From a bacterium (GTDB lineage Bacteria > Zhuqueibacterota > Zhuqueibacteria > Oceanimicrobiales > Oceanimicrobiaceae), in assembly GCA_046757525.1 (NCBI GenBank), contig JBHHYI010000040.1, positions 1 through 27,565 on the forward strand: a stretch of DNA of 27,565 bases, given 5' to 3'. Both the position numbers and the translations under genes were made by a program. Within the stretch, counting starts at the first letter, position 1. Every line of letters begins with the position of its first letter. The notes under the pieces are model-generated. The model was not told where the DNA came from. It ran no database searches and saw nothing but the letters and a program-made list of their open reading frames with translations. Of this stretch, positions 27,354-27,565 are shown piece after piece.

Positions 27354-27511
27354 CGCAACTGTACGAGCTTTAGAAGACCTCCCTCCTCATTAGTGCTTCG
27401 TTGTGTAAACTAGCGTATGTTTATATTAGCTCTTTTACTCGTTGTAAGGTTGTATTGTACTTGCCTAAAGCAAACAGTATTTTGTTAAATTTTTGACCAG
27501 ATAAGAAATTA

Positions 27512-27539
27512 ACGCCGCCCAGGTAAATCTGGACGGCGT
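27512..27539. terminator. GC-rich stem-loop (possible minus-strand terminator or intra-operon RNA stability hairpin)
   Basis: ACGCCGCCCAG-GTAAAT-CTGGACGGCGT forms an 11-position stem with one mismatch. The A-rich left flank reads as a T-rich tail on the minus strand. An AGGAG RBS-like motif sits at the window end. Confidence 0.45.
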
Positions 27540-27565
27540 AGGCTAAAGTAAGGAAGGAATAGGAG

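Noticed and set aside
623..27358. Numerous minus-strand and alternate-frame ORFs in the track (e.g. 2527-3060, 3935-4474, 6381-7052, 10810-11667, 13872-14480)
   Set aside because: Nearly all overlap well-supported + strand genes and none shows family motifs. They are treated as shadow ORFs.
1..27565. CRISPR arrays, tRNA/rRNA genes, IS elements, integrases or phage genes
   Set aside because: None was recognised by eye. The intergenic spaces are short and show no regularly spaced repeats.

Overview
Bacterial chromosomal window in which every credible gene lies on the + strand. The LolA and Wza-like/Wzc genes indicate a diderm host; no finer taxonomy is claimed. Positions 1-6962 hold a 5'-truncated NapH/MauN-type polyferredoxin, a small deletion scar (an orphan Fis-type HTH plus a possible flavoprotein remnant), and a housekeeping run: class I/II aminotransferase, gcvT, thiE, ftsK, lolA. 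From 7248 to the end of the window runs a Wzx/Wzy-type polysaccharide locus preceded by a correctly spaced sigma-54 (-24/-12) promoter motif. Its higher-GC front part encodes a minimal SLBB/Wza-like protein, Wzc, and an unusual sulfate-activation module. That module consists of ATP sulfurylase (Sat) fused through a Pro-rich linker to an alkaline-phosphatase-superfamily (NPP/COG3379-like) domain, an APS kinase (CysC) with an extra '[16 protein letters not shown]' tail, and a second stand-alone AlkP paralogue. Its AT-rich rear part encodes a beta-helix lipoprotein, Wzx, a methyltransferase, Wzy, two PAPS-dependent sulfotransferases, a DUF362 protein, a CapK/PaaK-like ligase, GT4 and GT2. The most likely product is a sulfated and further decorated exo- or capsular polysaccharide. 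The Sat-AlkP/CysC/AlkP module is the best candidate for an undescribed system. All family assignments come from motif recognition by eye, not from database searches.
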